Shown here: positions 20,057-28,955 of the stretch, piece after piece | Layout: the number at the start of each line of letters is the position of its first letter | Position numbering within the stretch: the first letter of the stretch is position 1 | Origin: Candidatus Latescibacterota bacterium | GTDB lineage: Bacteria > Latescibacterota > UBA2968 > GCA-2709665 | DNA: 64,000 nt | Direction of reading: 5' to 3' | Assembly: GCA_965219455.1 (NCBI GenBank) | Contig: OZ244744.1 | Coordinates: forward strand, 608,001-672,000 | Position numbers and translations under genes: made by a program | Notes under the pieces: generated by a model | Databases searched by the model: none | What the model was told of the DNA's origin: nothing | What the model saw: the letters and a program-made list of their open reading frames with translations, nothing else

Positions 20057-21306
20057 CCGGCACCTCCATCAGGCGGGGTCACGGCCTGGCTCTTTTCCGA
20101 GAGGATCCGGACCTGCATACCCTCCACAACGGCATCCAGAGTGGATATACAGACACGTTCCCCTCCGGCGAGGCCGGAACGGACGAGGGCGCTTTCGGCT
20201 TCCAGTCTCAGCAGATTGACGCGACGGTAGCGCAATCGGTTGTCCTCGTCGATGACAAGGACCTGATCGGAGCCTCTGATGGCAGCGCGGGGAACAACCG
20301 TGATGTTCCGAGCGACACGCCCCAGGATTTCAACCTCGACAAACAGCCCGGCGTAAAGCGGCGCACGGCCCCCATCATCTCCCCGATCGTACGGTGCATC
20401 GACGCGGGCGACAAGATTGACCATTCGCGTACGGGCGTCGATTTCCCCTTCGATACGTACGATTTCGCCGTGCCACGTGTGCGGGGCCCCGGCGAAATCC
20501 GCATGAACCAGGACTTTCGGTCGGGAAGCGGGTTCGAGTTCGTTGCGAGCATTATAGACCAGGTCCAGATAGGCGAGTTGTTCGTGCGGCACCGGCAGGC
20601 GGATCTCGGCGTAGTCGACGGCGTAGATACGGGCGACGGGAGCGCCGGGGTTGACGTACTGGCCCAGGTCCACGATCTTGGAGAGCACGCGGCCTTCGTA
20701 AGGCGCGCGGATTCGGGTTCGTTCGAACGCGAGGCGGGCCTGTTCCTGGGATGCCCTCGCGGCCCGGAGGGCGGCGCGGGCATCGGCCAACTGGGGTTTT
20801 CTAAGGGCCAGGTCCGTGGCTTCGCCATTACCCAGGCGCTGCCATTCCTGCCTCGCCAGGTCGGCTTCTTCCTCCTCCCTCGCAAGTCGTACCTGGGCTT
20901 GAGCGACCACGGCCCGCGCGCGGTCGACCGCGAGTTCGTAGTCGCGCGGATCGACTGTAAGCAGTATGTCTCCAGTTTTGAAGAAACCTCCGTTGGCGAA
21001 AGCGGGAGAGACCGAGATGATCTGACCGGCAACCTGGGACACCAGGCTGGTCCTGGTGCGCGGCGTGACAATGCCCTGCGCCTCGATCTGAAGTTGAATG
21101 TCTCGGGTTTCGACCGTCATCGCCCGTACCAGCGGGAGCGGTACTTTCGGGGGCGCCACCACGACTTCGGACCGCGCGCTGATGAGGACGTAGGCGCTCA
21201 ACCCTCCGAATGCAATTACCGCCACGGGCAGCAACGCTTTCGGATGCCGCCGAATCCAGCCGGAAAGACCGCGTCTGTCCGGATTCCTGCTTTGCAACGG
21301 TCTCAT
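20053..21306 (-). CDS. RND periplasmic adaptor (membrane fusion protein)
   Basis: N-terminal TM, lipoyl halves (QVAGQI...GDILL; IRAPYEG), coiled hairpin; ATGA overlap with the permease gene. Confidence 0.93.
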   Translation of the reverse strand: MRPLQSRNPDRRGLSGWIRRHPKALLPVAVIAFGGLSAYVLISARSEVVVAPPKVPLPLVRAMTVETRDIQLQIEAQGIVTPRTRTSLVSQVAGQIISVSPAFANGGFFKTGDILLTVDPRDYELAVDRARAVVAQAQVRLAREEEEADLARQEWQRLGNGEATDLALRKPQLADARAALRAARASQEQARLAFERTRIRAPYEGRVLSKIVDLGQYVNPGAPVARIYAVDYAEIRLPVPHEQLAYLDLVYNARNELEPASRPKVLVHADFAGAPHTWHGEIVRIEGEIDARTRMVNLVARVDAPYDRGDDGGRAPLYAGLFVEVEILGRVARNITVVPRAAIRGSDQVLVIDEDNRLRYRRVNLLRLEAESALVRSGLAGGERVCISTLDAVVEGMQVRILSEKSQAVTPPDGGAG

Positions 21307-21309
21307 ATT

Positions 21310-22752
21310 CTAGAGTCCTTCCGTTTGCGTGATAGACGTTGTTGAAACCATTCTGTCGGGACCGGTAAAGCCCCCGCCCAGGGCGAGGTGCAGGTTGACC
21401 CGGTTCTCGAGGCGCTGCCGACGTACTGTGATAAGCTGGCTTTCGGACGCGTAAGCCCCGCGCTGGGCGTCGAGCATCGTGTTGAGGTCCACGAGCCCGC
21501 TCGCGTACCGGTCTTCCGCGAGGCGGCGCGCGGCCAACGCCTGTTCCGTGGCGGTTTCCAGCGCGGCCTGTCTCTTGGCCAGGAGGACCTCGGCTGCAAG
21601 CGCGTTTTCCACTTCCGCATAGGCGGCCAGGACGCTATGAACGTATAGCGCCAGCGCCTGTTCGGATTGTGAGGCCGCCTGCTGGATGCCGCCGCGGATT
21701 CGTCCGCCCTGGAAGAGGGGTTGCAGGATGTTGCCCGCCAGGTTCCACACGCTGAAGTCGCCGTCGAGCAGATTTTCCAGTTCCTTGCTCGAGGTACCGG
21801 CGGACCCCGTCAGGCTGATTCGGGGAAAGAGCGCCCTTTTTGCCTGCGTGTAACGGGCGTAGGAAGCCGCCAGCCCGCGTTCGGCCGCCACGAGGTCCGG
21901 ACGGCGGGAGACGAGGTCAGCGGGGAGGCCGGCGGGAACGGCTTCGGGTAGTGCGGGCAGGGCAATGCCGGGGTTCAGGGCAGCGGCGGGATATCGGCCC
22001 ATGAGGACTTCGAGTTGGCGGCGGGTCGCGCCGTAGACGAGCCGGTGTTGTTGTAGGACGGCCTCGGCGCCGGCCAGGTTCGACAGCGCGCGGCGGAGGT
22101 CCAGGGCGTGCCTCAGACCGCGCCTGTAGCGTTCGCGCACGACCTCACTGGAGGTCCGGAAGTTTTCGACGGTGGCCTCCGACAGTTCAACCTGCCTGTG
22201 GCCCTCCACGGCGGCAAACCAGGTCTTGGCGGTCTGTCCCGCCAGCGAGAGTCGGGCGCCCGCGTAATCGGCGCGCGCGGCTTGCATATCGGCCAGTGCC
22301 GCGGACGCCCCGGCTCCCAGACGACCCCAGAGATCGAGTTCCCAGGAGATATCGAGCGATAAGCCGACGCTGTTTGACGTAGAGGTCAGAACGCCGTTTC
22401 CGGATCCAGGGATAGGCAGGCCGATGAAATTCTGTTTGCGGCGTGCCCCGCCGGTGCGGCCTGCCGCATCGGGATATAGAGGGGCGCCCGCGATTCTGGC
22501 GCGCGCGGCGGCGGCGCCAACCCGGGCGGCGGCGGCCTGAAGGTTGAGGTTGTGCGCGAGCGCTTCGGCGACCAGGCGGGTCAGGGTTTCGTCATTGAAC
22601 GCGCGCCACCAGAGGGTGTCCGTCTCTGCGGCGCCGGGCTGCCCGGCAGACCAGCGCTCCGGTACCGTCACGTTGAGGTCGGGTGGGTTCACCTTTGGCG
22701 CAGCGGCGCAGGCCACCAGCAGCAGGGCGAGAATGGGAAGTACACGTCTCAA
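21310..22752 (-). CDS. Outer-membrane efflux lipoprotein (NodT/OprM family)
   Basis: Lipobox LLVAC, WWRAFND, SWELDLWG, RRPDL. TTG start overlapping the TetR stop codon is inferred. Confidence 0.92.
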   Translation of the reverse strand: MRRVLPILALLLVACAAAPKVNPPDLNVTVPERWSAGQPGAAETDTLWWRAFNDETLTRLVAEALAHNLNLQAAAARVGAAAARARIAGAPLYPDAAGRTGGARRKQNFIGLPIPGSGNGVLTSTSNSVGLSLDISWELDLWGRLGAGASAALADMQAARADYAGARLSLAGQTAKTWFAAVEGHRQVELSEATVENFRTSSEVVRERYRRGLRHALDLRRALSNLAGAEAVLQQHRLVYGATRRQLEVLMGRYPAAALNPGIALPALPEAVPAGLPADLVSRRPDLVAAERGLAASYARYTQAKRALFPRISLTGSAGTSSKELENLLDGDFSVWNLAGNILQPLFQGGRIRGGIQQAASQSEQALALYVHSVLAAYAEVENALAAEVLLAKRQAALETATEQALAARRLAEDRYASGLVDLNTMLDAQRGAYASESQLITVRRQRLENRVNLHLALGGGFTGPDRMVSTTSITQTEGL

Positions 22753-23393
22753 GATGTGTCTCCGTTGGGGGCAGCGGCCCGGAGGCCGGCCGAGAGGAAC
22801 GCGACGAGGCGTTTGATGTTGTTTTCGGTGTCGGACGGATCGCACAGGCCGCCGGTTCTTCGCGGAATGATATGCCTCCCCATCAGCGGCATGCTGATGC
22901 CGCCGACCATGAAGAAGAACCTCCAGAGCAGGTCGGTCTGGGACAGGTGGGGCAGGCTGCGAGAAAGAGTCGACGTATATCGCAGGAAGACTTCGGCGAA
23001 CTGTTCGGTGATCCTATAGGCCAGGTCTCCCGGTTCGGAGTAGAGCCTTCCGATGAGCAGCATGAAGTTCTCGCCGCCGCCCGCGAGGTCGTATGCCAGC
23101 CGCATCACGGGTGCAACGAAGGCGTTTACGGTGGCTTCGATGGTGGGCGCGCCACCCGCGGCCGCCACTTCCGCGTCGAGAAGGCGGCAGCGTTCCCGGT
23201 TGAGCGGTTCGAGCCTTCGGGCGAAAACGGCTTCGATCAGCGCATCTTTGGAGCCGAAGTGGTAGTGGACGGAGGCCAGGTTTGCGGACGCCTCTGAAGT
23301 AATGGCCCTCAGGGAGGTGGCGCCGATTCCGTGTTCGGCAAAGAGTTGCTCGGCGGCGTCGAGCAACCGGTTGTGGGTGTCGGATTGATTCAT
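22749..23393 (-). CDS. TetR/AcrR-family regulator (PsrA-like)
   Basis: RLLDAAEQLFAEHG..TSLRAIT..ANLASVHYHFGSKDAL and LNRER. Confidence 0.92.
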   Translation of the reverse strand: MNQSDTHNRLLDAAEQLFAEHGIGATSLRAITSEASANLASVHYHFGSKDALIEAVFARRLEPLNRERCRLLDAEVAAAGGAPTIEATVNAFVAPVMRLAYDLAGGGENFMLLIGRLYSEPGDLAYRITEQFAEVFLRYTSTLSRSLPHLSQTDLLWRFFFMVGGISMPLMGRHIIPRRTGGLCDPSDTENNIKRLVAFLSAGLRAAAPNGDTS

Positions 23394-23414
23394 TCAGAAT
23401 TCTAATGGCAAAAT

Positions 23415-23475
23415 TCAAACAAACGTATGATTAAAACGAACGTTTTAATTTACCCATTCCTGAAACACATGTCAA
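23415..23475 (-). promoter_or_regulatory. Sigma70 promoter with tandem TetR operators
   Basis: Minus-strand TTGACA (23475-23470), 17 nt, TAAATT (23452-23447); palindrome ttaaaacg-aa-cgttttaa and adjacent tcaaacaaacgtatga. Confidence 0.75.
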
Positions 23476-23603
23476 GCAAAACAGCCGACGTTTTCAAGAA
23501 AACCGACATTGCTTCACAAACCCCCGGGTTCCGCACCTGGGTGACTGTCATTGATCCGGACCGCGCAGCCTGATGGTCCAGTTGAGAATTATTAATTTTT
23601 TAA

Positions 23604-23633
23604 TTGACAAAAAATGGAATTTCCATATATTTT
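23604..23633 (+). promoter_or_regulatory. Sigma70 promoter for blaI with a palindrome in the spacer
   Basis: TTGACA (23604), TATATT (23626) and the inverted repeat atggaa-t-ttccat (23614-23626). Confidence 0.6.
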
Positions 23634-23812
23634 ATATTAAGGAATTAATCGCGCCACCCACGTTTAAACGAACCGCCCCGCTGGGGCAGCGTGGATCGCC
23701 CCCGCCTCGTGTTCTGACCCGGAAACAGATTGCCGAAATTCGGTCGCCGTTCAGACGCAGACGAGACCGACAACCGGCACCGGCAAAAAACGTCGTTACA
23801 GGAGTGGACTGT

Positions 23813-24190
23813 ATGGCAAGGCCGAAGTCACCCACGCTAACGGAAGCCGAACTCAGGCTGATGGACGTGCTTTGGAAAAAGGAGGCGGCCACTGTAAGCG
23901 ACGTGGTCGCGGCGCTACCCGGCAAAGAGCCGCTCGCTTATAGCACGGTGCTGACAACGCTCAGGATTCTCGAACGGAAAGGCTACCTGTCCCACGAAAA
24001 GGAGGGCAGGGCCTATGTCTACCAGCCGGTGGTTGGCCGCGAGGAAGCCAGAAGAAGCGTGGTTCGGTACATGATGAGCCGGTTTTTCAACAATTCGCCG
24101 GAGATGCTGGTGCTGAACATTCTGGAGAATGAAGCGGTCGACGCCGACGTTCTCGAGCGCATGAGACAAATGGTGGACGACAGCAGGTAG
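23813..24190 (+). CDS. BlaI/MecI/CopY-family repressor
   Basis: LTEAELRLMDVLW, LAYSTVLTTLRILERKG and EGRAYVY; SD aggag. Confidence 0.93.
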   Translation: MARPKSPTLTEAELRLMDVLWKKEAATVSDVVAALPGKEPLAYSTVLTTLRILERKGYLSHEKEGRAYVYQPVVGREEARRSVVRYMMSRFFNNSPEMLVLNILENEAVDADVLERMRQMVDDSR

Positions 24191-24200
24191 AAGGGAATCT

Positions 24201-26348
24201 ATGTTGGCGGCCTACGAAATATTCGATGCCGTTTCCCGGGTGATGGTGTCCTCCGCGCTCGACGGTCTCTGGCAGGGCCTGGTCGTGACGCTTGCGGTCG
24301 CGTGCCTGTTGGGAGTCGCGCGGTGGCTGAACGCACGTACCAGGTACGTGATCTGGACGGCCACGTTGCTGGTGGTATTCGCGCTGTCCTGGTCCGACGT
24401 CGGGAACCCGCCCAATCGTACGGGTGCCACGCGGATGTGGTTCAAGGCCGCGGAGACGAAAGACCCGGAGATGCCTGATTCCCGGAAGCTGAGCGGGGCG
24501 GACGCCTTTGAATCGGCGCCGGGCGCTGATCAGCCGAGGGACAGGGAACACGTGGAGTCGGCGTTTACGCCGGAACTGCCGGGGCGGTGGCCGGCGCTGA
24601 TATTCGGGGTGTGGATGCTGGTCGCACTGGCGCTATCGGCCAAACTCTTTCTGGGCCTTTGGCACCTCCGGCGCCTGAAACGGAGCGCAAGGCCCCTTCC
24701 CGCCCGATATCAGCACAGATTGCGCCATTTGCTCCGCGCAAACAAGACGCGGCGCTGGGTGCGCCTTTGCAGTTCCACGCGAGTACGCACGGCTGCGGCG
24801 ACGGGTCTGTTCAAACCCGTGATTCTGATTCCGGAGTCCATGCCGGACCGGCTGACGGAGGCTGAATTCGATCAGGTGGTCCTGCACGAACTGGCGCACT
24901 TGCACCGGCTGGACGACTGGACCAAACTGTTCCATGCGCTCGTGGGCTGCTTTCTGTTCTTCCATCCGGCCGTATGGTGGATTGCTCGACAGATGGACCT
25001 GGAACGCGAGGTCGCGTGTGACGATATGGTTGTGGGCATTACCGGAAGAGCCAGGGGATATGCGGCCTGCCTCACCCGCCTGACGGAGATGGCGGCGTCG
25101 CCGGTCGGATCGACACTGGGCATTGGCGCCGCCGGAGATCGGAAGCAGGTCGTCAGGCGGATATCACGGCTGTTGAATGCCAGACGGGGCCACGAACGCC
25201 GCCTCTCCCGCACAGGTCTGCTGTTGGCTTCGGTTTTGATTCTGGTGGCATTGACACAGTGCGGCGGGGTCGGGCCCACGGTTGAGGTGCCGGGCCGGTC
25301 CGAAGCCTTCGTAAAGCTGGCGGCCATTAAGGATCGGCTGCTTTCGTTCCTGCGGCTGGATGGGTTGCCTCCCGGTTCCGGTCGCATCGACATGGTCACG
25401 GTAATTGCAGATTCCACGGTGAGCCGGACTTTGCAGGGAACGCTCCGCGACGTCATCGAGCGTGTAATCCTGACGCCCAGGAAGGAGCGCCTTTACCATG
25501 TCTCTTTCACACACGCCGGAGATTTCAGCATGCTGCGACGGAAGAATATCGTGATCGCCGCGCCGCTGGATGGAGACCACGAAGCGGGCGGTCTGGTACG
25601 CTCCCTTGTGCCGCGGGCGCGTCGGGAGGCTATCCGGAACGGAGCGCCGCCGGTGGTCATCCGGCGGGACGTGTGGGCCGACGACCAGGTCGTGGTTCTG
25701 GTTACGGGCAAGGATCGTGACGCGTTGAGAGCCAATATGATGACGGAGGCGGATCGGATTTACGGCGCTATCGATACGAAGCGCGATGAATGGGTCGCCG
25801 AGTCTCTCTTCCGATTTGGCGAAAGAGAGAGGCTTGCATCGGAACTGGCGGACCGGTTCGGATGGCGTGTGCGCATTCCTTTCGGATTCAATTTCATCGA
25901 TACCCATGCCGATAGCGGGTTCGTGGTGCTCACGCGAACGCACGCGCGCGTGACACAGTGGATGTTTGTCTACCGTGAGGATGGCGTCAGCCCGGATCGT
26001 TTGACAGAGGCGTGGTGCATTCGGAAGCGGAACGAGATCGCCGCCCGGTTCTTTGACAACGACTTCGTGGATCAGACAGGCCTGAAGGTAAGTCAGCGGG
26101 AGTTGGGGAGCCGGCTGGCGGTGCATCTTGAAGGCGTTTGGCAGAACAATCTTGCGTGGAAGGGCGGGCCCTTCAGAAGCTACGTGCTGGTGGACGAGAA
26201 GACAGATCGGCTCTATTTCGTGGACTTTGGGGTTTACGGCCCGAATCGAAGAAAAGAAACCTATCTGCGTCAGTTGGACGTTGTGGCCAGGACGTTTGAA
26301 ACGGGGCCATTTTACGAGGACCGGCTCGCGACGTCCGATCGCCCCTGA
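24201..26348 (+). CDS. M56 (BlaR1-like) metallopeptidase fused to a DUF4837-like periplasmic domain
   Basis: GLFKPVILIP, HELAH, HPAVWW and EREVACDD. The C-terminal half (VIADS, DVWADDQ, GVW...GGPFRSY, KETYLRQL) resembles DUF4837 from recall. Confidence 0.85.
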   Translation: MLAAYEIFDAVSRVMVSSALDGLWQGLVVTLAVACLLGVARWLNARTRYVIWTATLLVVFALSWSDVGNPPNRTGATRMWFKAAETKDPEMPDSRKLSGADAFESAPGADQPRDREHVESAFTPELPGRWPALIFGVWMLVALALSAKLFLGLWHLRRLKRSARPLPARYQHRLRHLLRANKTRRWVRLCSSTRVRTAAATGLFKPVILIPESMPDRLTEAEFDQVVLHELAHLHRLDDWTKLFHALVGCFLFFHPAVWWIARQMDLEREVACDDMVVGITGRARGYAACLTRLTEMAASPVGSTLGIGAAGDRKQVVRRISRLLNARRGHERRLSRTGLLLASVLILVALTQCGGVGPTVEVPGRSEAFVKLAAIKDRLLSFLRLDGLPPGSGRIDMVTVIADSTVSRTLQGTLRDVIERVILTPRKERLYHVSFTHAGDFSMLRRKNIVIAAPLDGDHEAGGLVRSLVPRARREAIRNGAPPVVIRRDVWADDQVVVLVTGKDRDALRANMMTEADRIYGAIDTKRDEWVAESLFRFGERERLASELADRFGWRVRIPFGFNFIDTHADSGFVVLTRTHARVTQWMFVYREDGVSPDRLTEAWCIRKRNEIAARFFDNDFVDQTGLKVSQRELGSRLAVHLEGVWQNNLAWKGGPFRSYVLVDEKTDRLYFVDFGVYGPNRRKETYLRQLDVVARTFETGPFYEDRLATSDRP

Positions 26349-26428
26349 AACCTTCCGCACCCGGCGATCGTCCGTACATTCCCCTACACCCGTGGGCAAA
26401 GGGTAACCGCACGCGGTTGAGGAAAACA

Positions 26429-27022
26429 ATGAGACGAGAGAAAGCGTTTCCGCTGAAGCGCATCAATGCCGTTATCGCGATTTTGGTTCTCGGCCATATG
26501 TTCTACATCTATTCAACCTTTCCTTGAAAGATCCCTGTGTCCGTGGGTGCGGACGGAGAGACAGTTGCCACACTGGAGGAGAGAGCTCCGAATTTTGCCC
26601 TCCGTGACATAGAGGGTGATTCCGTACAACTCAGTGATTTTGAAGGTAAGACCATTCTGATTGATTTCTGGGCGACGTGGTGCGGGCCGTGTGTTGATTC
26701 ACTGCCACACCTGAATCAGGCGCACCTGTCAGAGAATGGTCTCGACCTGGTGGTCCTGGCCGTAAACGTTGAAACCCCGAACATCGCGCGCCGGTTTGTG
26801 CAGGAGCGGGATTACACCTTCATTTCCCTGGTTGATGAGGACAACAGGGTCAGGAAGCAGTACGGCGTCGATGCCATCCCGACGACATTTCTTGTAGATA
26901 AGTTCGGTGTGTTGAGAGATAGGATAGTTGGAGGGTCCTACGTATCCCTGAAACTGGCTCTCTGGGGCGAGAAGTTCAGGCGCTTGTTAGATATTCGAGG
27001 AGAGCCGAGGATCGGAATTTAA
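26429..27022 (+). CDS. TlpA-family disulfide reductase with N-terminal anchor and in-frame TGA at 26525 (candidate Sec, or nonsense mutation)
   Basis: APNFAL, DFWATWCGPC and AIPTTFLVD. ATG 26429 (SD gagga) is in the same frame and encodes a TM helix before the TGA. Confidence 0.85.
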
Positions 27023-27061
27023 CCTATAGTGAATCACGCCCCGTCTGAAAGGAGCCTGACG

Positions 27062-27703
27062 ATGATACGCCATAAATTCCCCGCTGTAGACCTGAAGTTG
27101 GCATACCCGAAGGTGATGGCGCGGTGTGTGGGTATTTCCTTCCTGCTTCTTCTGGTCCTCGCGCTGGTGTTTCCCTCGTTCGACATGGACACCTCTGCGC
27201 GGATTCGCCCGACCGAGGTGTTAACCGTCGAGCGGATTCCGGAAACCCGGCAGATGCGCCGCCCGGAACCCAAACGCCCCGCCGTGCCCGTCGAAACAGA
27301 CAGCGACGATGTACCGGAAGACGTGACCATTGAGTCTACGGAACTGGATTTCGATCGAATACCCGTGGATCTGCCGGAACCGGCGCGCCACGAGACCGCG
27401 CCCGTTGAGGAGGAAGTCCTGGAATTCTGGCGGGTTGAGCGGCAACCCGTACTGGTCCGTCGCGCAATGCCGGATTACCCGGAAATGGCGAAGAGGGCCG
27501 GGCTGGAAGGGGTGGTGTTCGTGGCGTTTACGGTAGGCGCCGACGGAAGCGTCGGAGACGTGCGGGTGGTGCGCGGACCGGAAATCTTCAGACAGGCGGC
27601 AGTCGAGGCGGTTTCGCAATTTACATTCGAACCCGCCGTGCAGAACGACCGGTCCGTCGCCGTGAAGATGACGATGCCCATCCGGTTTCGGCTGAGCGAT
27701 TGA
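27062..27703 (+). CDS. tonB: Energy transducer TonB
   Basis: N-terminal TM, Pro/Glu-rich linker, PDYPEMAKRAGLEGVV and FEPA..MPIRF. Confidence 0.88.
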   Translation: MIRHKFPAVDLKLAYPKVMARCVGISFLLLLVLALVFPSFDMDTSARIRPTEVLTVERIPETRQMRRPEPKRPAVPVETDSDDVPEDVTIESTELDFDRIPVDLPEPARHETAPVEEEVLEFWRVERQPVLVRRAMPDYPEMAKRAGLEGVVFVAFTVGADGSVGDVRVVRGPEIFRQAAVEAVSQFTFEPAVQNDRSVAVKMTMPIRFRLSD

Positions 27704-27717
27704 GCGCTGCGGTCGCG

Positions 27718-28905
27718 TCAGAGGTCTCTCGGATCCACCGTGAGGAGTTCCATGTGCTCTTTGTTGACCGAGTAGGCGACGATCAGCCTGTCCTTCTCCA
27801 CCATGGCGCACGGATACTGGTGTCCGTGGGCTTTCAGGGCGCCCGGAAAGGCGATGGTGGTGGGTTCGTCAATGAGGAAGTACTGCCTTTCGAATTTCGC
27901 GCCGTCCGTTGATAGGGATATCATCAGCGGCACCCGGTTCAACAGGTCGGCAATGGCGTTGTTAATAAGGAAGTAACGCCCGTCCGCCAGGCGCCCCACG
28001 CTTACGCGGGACTTCGAGTCGGGAATATTCGAGAGCATGGGCGGGGTCCAGCTTCTGCCGCCATCCTCGCTGAGCGCCACGCGCAACCGCATTTCGTCCG
28101 TCTCGTTCCGGTGAAACATGAAGATCGCGCCGTCGTCCGTTTGATACCACGACGCTTCTCCGTACGGAAACCGCCCGGAATCCATCCCTCGCGAGCCGTC
28201 GCAGGGGATCTCCACGATCTCCGGGGGCTCCAGGGGATTCTCGCCAGGCCACAGAAACACGATCGGTTTTCCCAATCGGGATCCCGCGCACAACAGCCTG
28301 CCCTCCCGCGTCAACCTGGGCGCCTCGAACCAGAAGCAGTCCTCGGCGACGTCCCGTTCCGTCCAGTTCTCACCGTCGGCGGAAATAACGAGCCCTATTC
28401 TGCAGGTGGTCCTGCTCTCCTCGTTGGCGCTCATTCCCGGTTTCGGGGCAGCCCCTCCGCCGGTTTTCGTCTGTACGAATACGACGAGACGGTCTTCGTA
28501 TCCCATAATCCCACCGGTATTGCGCCACAGTCTACGTGAGACGTCGCCGGGCGCCACACAGGCCGGCCTTGACCACGATGAGAGATCCTCGCTTCGGGTG
28601 ATCAGCGTCCGCTGCCCCGGCGCCTCTTCATGCACGGCGCCGTTCGAAAAAACGTACCAGTACCGGTTTCGCCATCTGCAGATACCAGCCTGGTGATTGT
28701 AGGTGCCAAACGCCCTCGAGCCCGTCGCCACCCGGACGCGCCGCATCGGCGCATGGTCGAACCAGGCCGGCCATTCCTGTCCATCCGGCCGGGTACACCC
28801 CGCCCTCTTGAACTGCGACGTGACCAGATTGTCCCTCACCCTCTGCCTGAGGTCGGGTGTTAGCATAGAAATTCGCGTTTCCGTGTAGACGTCCGGAACG
28901 GGCAC
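27718..28905 (-). CDS. Sialidase/BNR-repeat protein
   Basis: Asp boxes SEDLSSW, SADGENW, SEDGGRSW, STDGAKF; HQYP. Confidence 0.75.
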   Translation of the reverse strand: MPVPDVYTETRISMLTPDLRQRVRDNLVTSQFKRAGCTRPDGQEWPAWFDHAPMRRVRVATGSRAFGTYNHQAGICRWRNRYWYVFSNGAVHEEAPGQRTLITRSEDLSSWSRPACVAPGDVSRRLWRNTGGIMGYEDRLVVFVQTKTGGGAAPKPGMSANEESRTTCRIGLVISADGENWTERDVAEDCFWFEAPRLTREGRLLCAGSRLGKPIVFLWPGENPLEPPEIVEIPCDGSRGMDSGRFPYGEASWYQTDDGAIFMFHRNETDEMRLRVALSEDGGRSWTPPMLSNIPDSKSRVSVGRLADGRYFLINNAIADLLNRVPLMISLSTDGAKFERQYFLIDEPTTIAFPGALKAHGHQYPCAMVEKDRLIVAYSVNKEHMELLTVDPRDL

Positions 28906-28955
28906 GAGTAGTCTCCTGTCTGTAGATCCGGCCCCGAAATGGAAGCGGCCGGCGT

